64,000 nucleotides of DNA from a virus. The stretch covers positions 1 through 64,000 of the IMG/VR virus record IMGVR_UViG_3300028908_000005. One strand, written 5' to 3'. The first letter of the stretch is position 1; each line of letters begins with the position of its first letter. Positions 19,631 to 28,628 of this stretch are shown here, in pieces. The notes beneath the pieces are model-generated. The model saw only the letters and a program-made list of their open reading frames with translations, ran no database searches and was not told the origin of the DNA. Position numbers and translations under genes: made by a program.

Positions 19631-22600
19631 TTACTCCACGCAAAAGCGTTCAGGGATACCTAGTTTCTTGCCAACTTCAAGCGGTATCGACTCGCCCCAA
19701 CGGAGCATCACTTCTTTGTCGACACCAAAATGGTAGACCGGGCTGTCTTTATGAGGCACGCCCTCTACATCGCACGAACGGAAGGATACGTTCTTCGTCA
19801 TACACTCTTCTACCACTTCATCGTAAACCTCCTCTAAACTACGTACAGGAACTTCCAAAATAACCGCATCGTGAATCTGCAACACGATCCGGTAACCCAA
19901 TTCTTCGCGTCGCGGATGCGTCGTGAAGTTATACAATGCGAGACTAATCGCGTCTGCTACGGCGGACTGGCAGATAAAGTTCAAAAACTGCCGTTCAAGT
20001 TCCCCCATCACTTTGTTGTCCGGCGACTTGACAATACGCCGATACCGACCGAAGCAGTTGCGAATCCAGCCCTCGTTCCGAGCACGAGACCGCAACTCTT
20101 CCTGCAACGCGTTCAGTTTGTTGTACCGCGAGAAAATCGTGTCCAACAACTTCTGGGCATCCTCAGTCGTCACCGGCACGCCTTCTTCATTGCACTGCCG
20201 CGCAATCGCTTCGGCGCTACGCCCATACATGCCGCCGAAGATCACGTTCTTCGCCGCAACACGCAGCTCTATCCGATGAATCTCCTTCAAACCGGCTTTC
20301 GTCGGCTGACAGTCCAAACGAAAAGCCTCGACAGCTACGTTACTGTGAATATCGTAAAAGTTCGGATCGTCGTCAGCCAGGAACGATCGCAGCGTATGCT
20401 CGATCATCTGCTCATCCCGCGCCTGTGTCGCCGCCACGAATAACTCAGCACCCTTGAAATCGGACTCCAGCAGCACCATCGGCTCGGGTTTGTTGTCAGC
20501 AATAATAAACGATCGTATTTTGTACTTGTACATGTCGCCGGCAATACGCTCGTAATCGCCCTCGCGACGCTTCGACAACGCCTGCAAGTTCGGTCGCGAA
20601 CTCGACGCTCGACCGGTTTCCTTGTGCTGACTAAAAGCACTCCGCACACGACCGTCTACACATATGAACGATGCAATACCCTTGTCATACACATAGTGCC
20701 CATCGGCATCGCGAACAACTTCGCCGTCGACCACTAACGGCTGAGACAACGCCGACTTGAGTATCTGGTCGATAAAACGGATGTTGCGAAGCTTCAGCAC
20801 GCGCGGATCCTTAGCACCTAGTATGCCACACGTCTCTTTGTCGGTACTCGGAGAGTACTTGGCTTCCTCACCGTCCTCGATCACTTTCTCCCACGGCTTG
20901 CCGCGACGCCCCGTCGATTTGACCGGCATCAAATCGAACGTAATAGCACCGTCGGGTCGCGTACGCTTCGTCGCATACTTGTCGCCGAACAGCAACTCGA
21001 CCGATTGTTGCGAAGACCGCGGATTGAAAGTCGGCCAATGAATCAATTCGCGGAACTCGGCCAATAGCTTCTCGCGTAGATGCATATAAAGATCAACCAA
21101 GTCGTCGACACGACCACGATCGACCTTGATGCCGGTCATGTGCATCTCAAGGAACGCCGCAAACGCCTGCATGGAAATCTGAAACGGTAACCAGTTGTCG
21201 TGCCCGTACTGATCGCAGTCAAGCAACCCCCGCTTACCGTTAACACCAGCATAAATATCTCGCAGCCGATATGTGTACGCCGCATCGCAGGCGCCGTACG
21301 GATACAGTATGTCGCCGGGGCAATCGCCGTACCCCATGAGCTGCTCATTGTCCGCAGCCAGCTTCTTCTTATGCTCGGTACGCCACTGGACCAATTCGTG
21401 ATCCCAGCGCGGCGCGCCGCAGTATCTGACGCCCTGCAGCTCCAATTTGTACTCGGCTGTCTCGTTCACCGCATGCGCGGCCAACGACGTGTCGAACAGT
21501 CCAGCGTACTCGCCGCTGCGGCGATCTGCCAAATCAGTCGGCACAGTGCAGCGGTGTAACAGATTCACACCGAACCAAGCCAACCACGGCAAGTCGGCAG
21601 AGAAAAAGTGGCCGATCAGTTGCACGTCGTCGCGGTCAAGCAACCGCAACAGCTCGCGACGAACAACGTAATCGCCCGGCCTAAATGCCGGCACGCCACC
21701 AGCCTCGTTTACCACGACAACAAAAGCTCGCTTGCCGTCGTCGCTAAACTGCACTGTCCGCAAGTAGGATTCAGGCTCGCCCGGATACCTACCGTGCCAC
21801 TCGGCATCAACTGCGATTTTCTTCAAGCCTGGCCGCGACACGATCTCGTCGACAATGCGAACCAAATCGCTTTCCTTGTAAACAAGAATCGTCTCTACGT
21901 CGGCCTTCCGCGATGCCGTCTCCGTGCCGTGAACCAAGCCCACGAACTGCCCTAGACCGGCAGACATCTCCGGCAGTAGCTCCGTATTGCGATACACTGC
22001 TGCCGGATGGCGAACGGCTACAACACGCATCGTATGCGAGACGTCCCCGATCTCTATCGGAACTTCCTCGACGCGACCGATCATCGCCGTAACCTTGGCA
22101 TGCCTGCCACAAACAGCTTTCGCCGCATCCGAACCTAAGCACAACACGAAGTCAGGCCGCAACAACGCAAATTCAGCATACAAGAACGGCAGACAATCAT
22201 TGATCCAACGCTTCGGTAGTACGCCGCCGCGCGGATCCAAATGCTGCCACCGCACAAGGTTGCAAACATACCAATTCGTCAGCTCTTTCGGCGTCGCACC
22301 GACACGCAAAAGCGTCTCTTGCAAAAGCTGCCCGCTCGGCCCAACGAGGTTCTGCCGCATGCGAGACTCTTCGACGCCGGGGTGCTTGCCGATGACCATA
22401 ACTCGCGGTTGCTGCGACATACGATACGGGCCGTACAACGAATCGCCCCAGTAGTGACCAGGCACAATCATCGCCCGCTCGGTCTGGTTGCCGACAAGTA
22501 CCGGCAGCCAGTCAGGCGTATAAAGCAAACGCTTGTAAACAGCATCCAGCTGCTTAGCTACAGCGTCCGCGTCGTCGCCAGCCAAAGACTGCGACCATTC

Positions 22601-22711
22601 GGTCATGTCCGGCCCAGCCGGCGGCATGCCCGGTGTCTGCAACGCCACGTACGGCCGCGTATCGAGGTCGACCTCGGCAGTCGTTGTATAAGCCGCTAAA
22701 GGATTAAACAT
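19631..22711 (-). CDS. polA: family A DNA polymerase with N-terminal uracil-DNA-glycosylase-like domain and 3'-5' exonuclease
   Basis: UDG4-like GKHPGVEE..VGPSG..HPAA; exonuclease VDAE; TGRASSSRPNLQ; motif A SDFKGAEL, motif B RVAAKNVIFGGMYG, motif C QIHDA. Confidence 0.93.
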   Translation of the reverse strand: MFNPLAAYTTTAEVDLDTRPYVALQTPGMPPAGPDMTEWSQSLAGDDADAVAKQLDAVYKRLLYTPDWLPVLVGNQTERAMIVPGHYWGDSLYGPYRMSQQPRVMVIGKHPGVEESRMRQNLVGPSGQLLQETLLRVGATPKELTNWYVCNLVRWQHLDPRGGVLPKRWINDCLPFLYAEFALLRPDFVLCLGSDAAKAVCGRHAKVTAMIGRVEEVPIEIGDVSHTMRVVAVRHPAAVYRNTELLPEMSAGLGQFVGLVHGTETASRKADVETILVYKESDLVRIVDEIVSRPGLKKIAVDAEWHGRYPGEPESYLRTVQFSDDGKRAFVVVVNEAGGVPAFRPGDYVVRRELLRLLDRDDVQLIGHFFSADLPWLAWFGVNLLHRCTVPTDLADRRSGEYAGLFDTSLAAHAVNETAEYKLELQGVRYCGAPRWDHELVQWRTEHKKKLAADNEQLMGYGDCPGDILYPYGACDAAYTYRLRDIYAGVNGKRGLLDCDQYGHDNWLPFQISMQAFAAFLEMHMTGIKVDRGRVDDLVDLYMHLREKLLAEFRELIHWPTFNPRSSQQSVELLFGDKYATKRTRPDGAITFDLMPVKSTGRRGKPWEKVIEDGEEAKYSPSTDKETCGILGAKDPRVLKLRNIRFIDQILKSALSQPLVVDGEVVRDADGHYVYDKGIASFICVDGRVRSAFSQHKETGRASSSRPNLQALSKRREGDYERIAGDMYKYKIRSFIIADNKPEPMVLLESDFKGAELFVAATQARDEQMIEHTLRSFLADDDPNFYDIHSNVAVEAFRLDCQPTKAGLKEIHRIELRVAAKNVIFGGMYGRSAEAIARQCNEEGVPVTTEDAQKLLDTIFSRYNKLNALQEELRSRARNEGWIRNCFGRYRRIVKSPDNKVMGELERQFLNFICQSAVADAISLALYNFTTHPRREELGYRIVLQIHDAVILEVPVRSLEEVYDEVVEECMTKNVSFRSCDVEGVPHKDSPVYHFGVDKEVMLRWGESIPLEVGKKLGIPERFCVE

Positions 22712-23777
22712 CTACAGTCCCAAAAGACAACAAATCGATGTTCTGCCGCTTGGCACAACCGTCGATGTATGCCCAAAGAAATTCCCTATCGCAGCTCGCC
22801 GGATCCGTTCTCGGCGGTAACTGTACATTCACTGTCGGCATACTTACCGCCAAACGTCCGTAAATATCGTCAGCTGCATCCGCTGCGTCGTGATCGAGCA
22901 AAATCACCGCCGCTTTCCAATGCTGCAAGATCAAACGCTCCTGCACGTACGACAGCGTTTTGCCGCACAATGCAACCGCGCCGCGACCCACAGCCCACAC
23001 GTCGGTAACACCCTCGACAATAAATACCACCGGTGATAACAATGCTCGGTCGTAATCGTAAAGCAGCAGATGCTTCATCATGCCGGGACAAGTGTAATAC
23101 TTGGGCACCATCTTTGGTCGGTGCGAACCGATAAAACGACCTTGCCAACCGACAAGCCTACCGTCTTGGTAAAACGGTATGATTAGGCGGCCGCGTGCCC
23201 GCCACATTCTCGCATCGTCAACACGCGCACAGTAGCGAAGATCGTACAAAGTCGCAACAACATCCGGATCCCACCCGCGCTGCCGTAGATACATACGTGC
23301 CGGGTGGGCGTCAGGCAACTCTTTCAGTGGGATGCTGTCGCCCGGCAGCTGCTTATCTTCGAGCGTTTCAGAAACAATCTCGCCGGGGCGAATCTGCGCT
23401 GTCAAATGTGCGTCACGACCAAAAGCCGAATATACTCGATCGCGAAGCAGCTCGCGATATACCGGCTCGGCCAAACAATCTTCGTTAAAACATTTCGCTG
23501 CCCACCACATGCGGTCCTGGTATCCGTACTCCGGAAAGCCGATACCCCATCTGTGGTTGATCCACAGCCGTGCCCGCGAATCGACAGCGCCGCGGCCAGG
23601 GCAAAACGGACAATCTATCCGATACGACTCGCCGCGGGATCGCAGTATGATCCGCGCCGACGCCGGATTAGGTTGCGGCTCCAAAACCGCAGCCTGGCCC
23701 GGATTCGCGATCAATACGCGACCGTACAACCGCTGCAAGCGGTTGTATAGCATTGGATTCAATGGTTCGATCATCAA
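22704..23777 (-). CDS. dnaG: DNA primase (Zn-finger + TOPRIM)
   Basis: CPFC..C..C, YLRQRG, RLIIPF..GWQGR, IVEGVTD, LLDHD. Confidence 0.88.
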   Translation of the reverse strand: MMIEPLNPMLYNRLQRLYGRVLIANPGQAAVLEPQPNPASARIILRSRGESYRIDCPFCPGRGAVDSRARLWINHRWGIGFPEYGYQDRMWWAAKCFNEDCLAEPVYRELLRDRVYSAFGRDAHLTAQIRPGEIVSETLEDKQLPGDSIPLKELPDAHPARMYLRQRGWDPDVVATLYDLRYCARVDDARMWRARGRLIIPFYQDGRLVGWQGRFIGSHRPKMVPKYYTCPGMMKHLLLYDYDRALLSPVVFIVEGVTDVWAVGRGAVALCGKTLSYVQERLILQHWKAAVILLDHDAADAADDIYGRLAVSMPTVNVQLPPRTDPASCDREFLWAYIDGCAKRQNIDLLSFGTVDV

Positions 23778-25351
23778 CCGAAATCCTGATCGACTTGCAA
23801 CGGATTCGCTGACGTATCGGCAAACCTACGACTATCTCGTTTTGCTACGATCTTTCTCGTAACCGAATCAATCGTGTACTGAGAATTGACATCTATCAAT
23901 TGGCTGAAATCTCCATCAATCATGCAAATTGTCGGTGCCATGCTCTCAGCGCGTCGAGATTTTGTCACTCGCAATACGCAAGTATTCGTCGCGTGATCCT
24001 TAGTACCTAACACAAAAGCAAACCAAGCATTAACAGCAAAACTCGAACATCCCTCAGCGTCCGCATGCGTCAGTTCCGTTACCGGAGACTTACGATTCAT
24101 CGCTCCGCGAATCTGATGCACGACAAACACGCTGCACTTAAATGGCGCCGCTATTTCGCAGTGGCACGTATCAACGAATTGCGTCAACTCAGCCGTCAAA
24201 GACCGTTCGACGTCGCCACCGCGGGATTGAATATGCCGGCGGGCGCAAGTACCGGCCCAGTCAATCAAAACGAGACCAGGCGACTTGCCGGTCTCGTTCG
24301 TCATAATATCAAGATGTTGTCGGATCTCTGGAATACCGCCAAAGCCTACCGCCGGCGCGCCAGGTCGCGGCCTGCCTGAGAAATCAAATAACTCGAAGTG
24401 CGTATTCAAAGCCTGCGCAGCGACTTCCTTTCTGGCATATTCGCTTGGAATGTCGCCGGCAGGAAAGATCGTCCGCTCGTAAGGGAACTCTCCGCCTACA
24501 CGACTCAGCTCGTCATAACTGGTAATCGCGTCAAGCCGCCTACGCGGTATCTGCGCAGTATTCGCAATCGCCCGCTTACTGATATCGTCGTGACCACCTT
24601 CGTAACAGAAATATGCCGTTACGCGTGACTGCTCGTGCCGTAAGAACGATTGGTACTGCCGGAACGCGTAAGCACAACCTATCTGCACCGCCAGTGTCGT
24701 CTTGCCGACACCAGTCGGGCCGAGCAAAACGTAAACTTCACCAGGCTCGGTACCGCCGTTCAGATAGTCGTCGATAAACCGTAAACCCGTAGGCTCCCGC
24801 GCTACAGCAGTTTCTTGCCAAGCATCGGGCACAACCGGCTGCGCCTCGTAGTTGGCGACCGCACGGATCTGCAGAATCTCATCGTAAGCGCGGCGCAGCA
24901 AGTCAGGCAGTTCGGGTACTTGCCCCTGACCTGACATGAACGCGTGTGCAAGCCGGACACCGACTTGTCGCTGCATTAAAAACTGCCGCAGTACTTCTAC
25001 TGCGGCTTCTGGTGTTAACTGGTCCTCGGCATTCTGTTCGCCATACAGCCAGTCGAGCAACTGCATCGCCAATTGCTGATCGCGTACGGTTGCCGCCGGT
25101 TGCTTCGCTACCTGGCCGGCAATGTAAGCACGCATCAACGACGCCCGAGGCATATCGTTGTAGCGGCGGTAGTACTGCACAGCAGCCCGCCATATCAAGC
25201 TGTGTGCTCCTTCACCTTGCCCTGAGAAAAGCGTCGGATCGACCTTCTCGACAGCGAGACGGAATATCCGCTCGCACCGCAACATATGCGCCAGCAACCA
25301 ATTGACTGTAAATGCGTCAATCGGGATCTGGATTTTCTCAAGTTCAGCCAT
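23774..25351 (-). CDS. dnaB: DnaB-like replicative helicase
   Basis: PTGLRFID..GG..PGE, GPTGVGKTT, LIDW, HQ, KSR. Confidence 0.88.
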   Translation of the reverse strand: MAELEKIQIPIDAFTVNWLLAHMLRCERIFRLAVEKVDPTLFSGQGEGAHSLIWRAAVQYYRRYNDMPRASLMRAYIAGQVAKQPAATVRDQQLAMQLLDWLYGEQNAEDQLTPEAAVEVLRQFLMQRQVGVRLAHAFMSGQGQVPELPDLLRRAYDEILQIRAVANYEAQPVVPDAWQETAVAREPTGLRFIDDYLNGGTEPGEVYVLLGPTGVGKTTLAVQIGCAYAFRQYQSFLRHEQSRVTAYFCYEGGHDDISKRAIANTAQIPRRRLDAITSYDELSRVGGEFPYERTIFPAGDIPSEYARKEVAAQALNTHFELFDFSGRPRPGAPAVGFGGIPEIRQHLDIMTNETGKSPGLVLIDWAGTCARRHIQSRGGDVERSLTAELTQFVDTCHCEIAAPFKCSVFVVHQIRGAMNRKSPVTELTHADAEGCSSFAVNAWFAFVLGTKDHATNTCVLRVTKSRRAESMAPTICMIDGDFSQLIDVNSQYTIDSVTRKIVAKRDSRRFADTSANPLQVDQDFG

Positions 25352-26138
25352 CGTTCTTCCTGATATTAAAACTACGCCGGTACGCCTCGGCTCGTTGTAC
25401 TATCTCTTCCGGCAGCTGCTCGCCCCACCCGGTCACGTATCCGTTGGGATCCTGCATGAATTGTTTCAGCGCCAGATCTTCATAGATATCAGCGATGTAG
25501 CGCGCGCCGAACGATAACGCCGTCGCGTAACAAAACAACGCCGACAAATGCCATCGCGGCTGCGATAGCAAGACGTGTTCCCAAAGCTCCTGATCTGTCT
25601 TGTCTGGGAACCAACACCGTGTCGTGTTGACAGCCGCTACGAATTGCTCCAACTCGGCCGCATACTCCCGCTGCCGCTGGCTTTTCGTACCGACCAGATT
25701 GATCATGTAGTTGCGCAGCCGTTGCCGCGACAACAACCAGTTGGGCTCGACTAAAACGCCACCTTCCATGACGAAATTGACGTAACCCTCGGCGTCAAAA
25801 CAGTTCGCTTCGAGTAGCATCAGCGCGATGCGAACCCATATCGACGTATGCCGCCGCCCCGAACTGTCTTCGCCGCCGTCCCACTTCGGCATACGCTGCA
25901 TGCCGTAAGTACTCGGCACACCCTCGAGTGTCGATACAAGCGCACGACGACGAGACACATAAGCCTCCCGCACGCGCGCCGCAAACTCCTCGATGGGGTC
26001 TTGAACAGCCTCTGCAGGGTTAACTGCGAACCGTTCATGCGAATGGGCCACGTTTCCGTGGCCCATGAACGCGCGTAGTTTCCGCTGGACTAGCGCCATG
26101 TTACTTGCCATATCGTTTAGGCGTCCATAATGTTCCAT
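25344..26138 (-). CDS. hypothetical protein in the replication module
   Basis: 264-aa ORF between the two helicases; start uncertain. Confidence 0.7.
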   Translation of the reverse strand: MEHYGRLNDMASNMALVQRKLRAFMGHGNVAHSHERFAVNPAEAVQDPIEEFAARVREAYVSRRRALVSTLEGVPSTYGMQRMPKWDGGEDSSGRRHTSIWVRIALMLLEANCFDAEGYVNFVMEGGVLVEPNWLLSRQRLRNYMINLVGTKSQRQREYAAELEQFVAAVNTTRCWFPDKTDQELWEHVLLSQPRWHLSALFCYATALSFGARYIADIYEDLALKQFMQDPNGYVTGWGEQLPEEIVQRAEAYRRSFNIRKNDG

Positions 26139-27621
26139 CTGGCATGTACTGCGACCAGCCTTCGCCAGCGTAAATCCGCCGACGCGCTAATGACTGCTGC
26201 AGCATGCCATTATCAAAATAGTCCATGCAATCGACCAAAATGCCAGCCTTCTTACCGGTCTTTTCATCGATACGACCAACACGACCGGGCATCTGAATAC
26301 TGTTCGTTTTGCTGACGCCCCCGGCAGCGCGGATCAGCACTTGCAGGCTGTTAAAGCTTACACCAACAGCCCAAACACCCGTAGCAATAGCTCCAAGTAT
26401 CCGACGTTCTTCGAACGCAACACGCAATGATTCTCGCCGCTGTGCTGTCATTCGCGGCTCGTCGTCAGATAGTAAACCCATACGCCGCCACGTTGCCATG
26501 CGTTCCTGCGATACGCCTTCCGAATAACAGCAGATGAACTCCGGCAGCAAACGGCGCAAAAAGAGCATATGCTCAAACGTATCTACCAAAATCAGCGTTT
26601 GCAAGCCGCGATCAACGAAACTTTTCGCGGCCTCAGCAATTGCCTCGTTTCTCGCCGCATTCCGCCAAATTCCATGCCGCTTTTTAGCTGTCGAAGACTG
26701 CAAATGCGCAATCGGATTACAGTCGGCATCGATGCCCAACCACTTAACGATCATCGGCACGACCAAACCCGCACGCACTGCTTCAGCATGCGATATCTTG
26801 AATATGGTCGGCCCGAAGATCGCTTCCATACGTGCGTGCGCGTTGTCGGCCCGCGTCGCTACAGTCGCCGTAAAACCATACATACGAGCATGTTGGTACC
26901 GCGACAGTAGTTTGACGTAGCGGTCGGTCATCATCTCGTGAACTTCATCGACCAATACGATATCGGCATCGAACAAATTGTGGTGCAAACTGTCAGCAGT
27001 AAAAACTGTTACGCGACCTTCAATCCGCTTACCGCCGCCGATCTGACCCACATTAGGCACCCAACGTATACCCAGATTGCGTATCGATGCCACAACATCA
27101 CGCCGCCGCGTAATGATGTCGATCTTTGCCTTTGGGTAAAGTACGCAGACCATCCAGATGATCCACATTTTCCCAAATGCCGGAACTGCGTCGATTACCC
27201 CACGTTCCGAAGCTGCGATGTTTGCTATACAAACGTCCTGGTATTTTCGAAACTCGAAACCCGCCGCTAGAGCGTCCCAATCCTGCTCGTAGCAGTCCGG
27301 TCGATCTAGCGGCGGATCATCCCTTACCACATCAACTTCGTATCCGCGAAGCTTGAGCGTTCTGACAATACGTTGCAGCCAACCGACCTGGCATATGAGC
27401 CGGCCCTTACCGTCGTACTGAAACATTCGCCGGTTCTCATACCGCACCGACGCGCCTCTACCACGACCGCCATGCTCATAGTGCCTATGCGTATAAACCA
27501 ACTGACCTTCGATCAGCCGCAACACGTCGCGCGGCAACGACTCGCCGTCGCCACCCGACACACACATCAAAGGGCCAGAACGGTGTATGACCGCTGACCG
27601 CGTCGCTATCGCTGTCGCCAT
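26101..27621 (-). CDS. superfamily 2 DExH helicase (UvsW-like)
   Basis: FRKYQ, PAFGK, DEVH, TAT, QMPGRVGR. Confidence 0.9.
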   Translation of the reverse strand: MATAIATRSAVIHRSGPLMCVSGGDGESLPRDVLRLIEGQLVYTHRHYEHGGRGRGASVRYENRRMFQYDGKGRLICQVGWLQRIVRTLKLRGYEVDVVRDDPPLDRPDCYEQDWDALAAGFEFRKYQDVCIANIAASERGVIDAVPAFGKMWIIWMVCVLYPKAKIDIITRRRDVVASIRNLGIRWVPNVGQIGGGKRIEGRVTVFTADSLHHNLFDADIVLVDEVHEMMTDRYVKLLSRYQHARMYGFTATVATRADNAHARMEAIFGPTIFKISHAEAVRAGLVVPMIVKWLGIDADCNPIAHLQSSTAKKRHGIWRNAARNEAIAEAAKSFVDRGLQTLILVDTFEHMLFLRRLLPEFICCYSEGVSQERMATWRRMGLLSDDEPRMTAQRRESLRVAFEERRILGAIATGVWAVGVSFNSLQVLIRAAGGVSKTNSIQMPGRVGRIDEKTGKKAGILVDCMDYFDNGMLQQSLARRRIYAGEGWSQYMPDGTLWTPKRYGK

Positions 27622-27630
27622 AAAATTGCC

Positions 27631-28623
27631 TTATCGCCCCACGCGCAAAGTGTCACGCAAGAACGTCACGAACGCATCAGCCTCTACGTCATACAAAAAG
27701 AATTGCTCGGGGTCAAACAGATCAAAGAATTTTCCTTGCCCCGAAGTGTCGTAAAGCTTGGCCAGCCAAACGAGTCGGATAAATCGTAAAAATTTCTGGC
27801 TCGCCCGCAGATTGCATTTAACGTCAAACATCGGCTGCTGCGCGCCGTCGCTACGCGCATAAACACCAGCCCATGTCCGCCAAATAAAATCAGCCGGTGA
27901 CTCCAGCAACGGCTTTGCCCTATCGCCCATCGCAACCCGTTTGGCGTCCCGCCAAGCATCCAAAATGCGACGACAGCGACGAACACGCAGCGACCGTATG
28001 TTGTACCGCAATGCGTCGGACATGGACTTAGGGTCCAAACCCATATACGCCATCAACTTACTGTCGCGATTCGGACGCAAAAGATCGATAAACCAACGAG
28101 GATCTACGATCTCTGCCAAAACTTTAGCTAACGCGAAACTGTCGTGCGGCACAAAAGAAACCGGCAAATACGCCGGATGTGCGTACAACAAACGCTGCTT
28201 CTGCGACACGAACTCGTCATAACGACAGTTACGCATACCAATGATCAAACTGTAAACTGCGTAATCATCCAGACTAACTTCATGAAATCCCCCTTGTGAC
28301 GGTGCCAGCCGACAATAGTCCATCTCACGCAAAACAATCTCCGGATGCTTGCGATATCGCTTCGGTATCTGCAAATCCGGATTGCAAACCTGCAAGGACT
28401 TGAATTGGCGCCGCTCCCGAGCCACGAATAGCTCGCAAATCATAGCTGCGTTATCCGCTGCACCGACAAGCTGTATCGTCTCGTAACCGTCGATGTGACG
28501 GTCAACGAACTCCGGGATTGTCGCAGTAATAGACACAGCCCGACGCCCCGGCTGCGCTATCCAAATACGCCGCGACGACGATCCGAACGGGTCTACGTAG
28601 ACTTTAAGCTTATCGTGTGACAT
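27631..28623 (-). CDS. IS110/Nop-domain (TIGR-Tas-like) protein with degenerate RuvC-like N-terminus
   Basis: HPAY..AKVLAEIVDPRWF..SKLMAYMGLDP and C-terminal NLRASQKFLRFIRLVW; N-terminal VYVDP..VCNP. Confidence 0.6.
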   Translation of the reverse strand: MSHDKLKVYVDPFGSSSRRIWIAQPGRRAVSITATIPEFVDRHIDGYETIQLVGAADNAAMICELFVARERRQFKSLQVCNPDLQIPKRYRKHPEIVLREMDYCRLAPSQGGFHEVSLDDYAVYSLIIGMRNCRYDEFVSQKQRLLYAHPAYLPVSFVPHDSFALAKVLAEIVDPRWFIDLLRPNRDSKLMAYMGLDPKSMSDALRYNIRSLRVRRCRRILDAWRDAKRVAMGDRAKPLLESPADFIWRTWAGVYARSDGAQQPMFDVKCNLRASQKFLRFIRLVWLAKLYDTSGQGKFFDLFDPEQFFLYDVEADAFVTFLRDTLRVGR

Positions 28624-28628
28624 TTAGG

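Noticed and set aside
21818-21841. Possible self-target of the gene-proximal guide in polA (6 of 8 dinucleotides match in NNx register)
   Set aside because: The match is short and does not extend. Such partial matches are expected by chance given the many tracts and registers.
27631-28623. Active IS110 insertion sequence
   Set aside because: No non-coding ends, no SG catalytic motif, a degenerate DEDD set, and tight packing in the replication operon.
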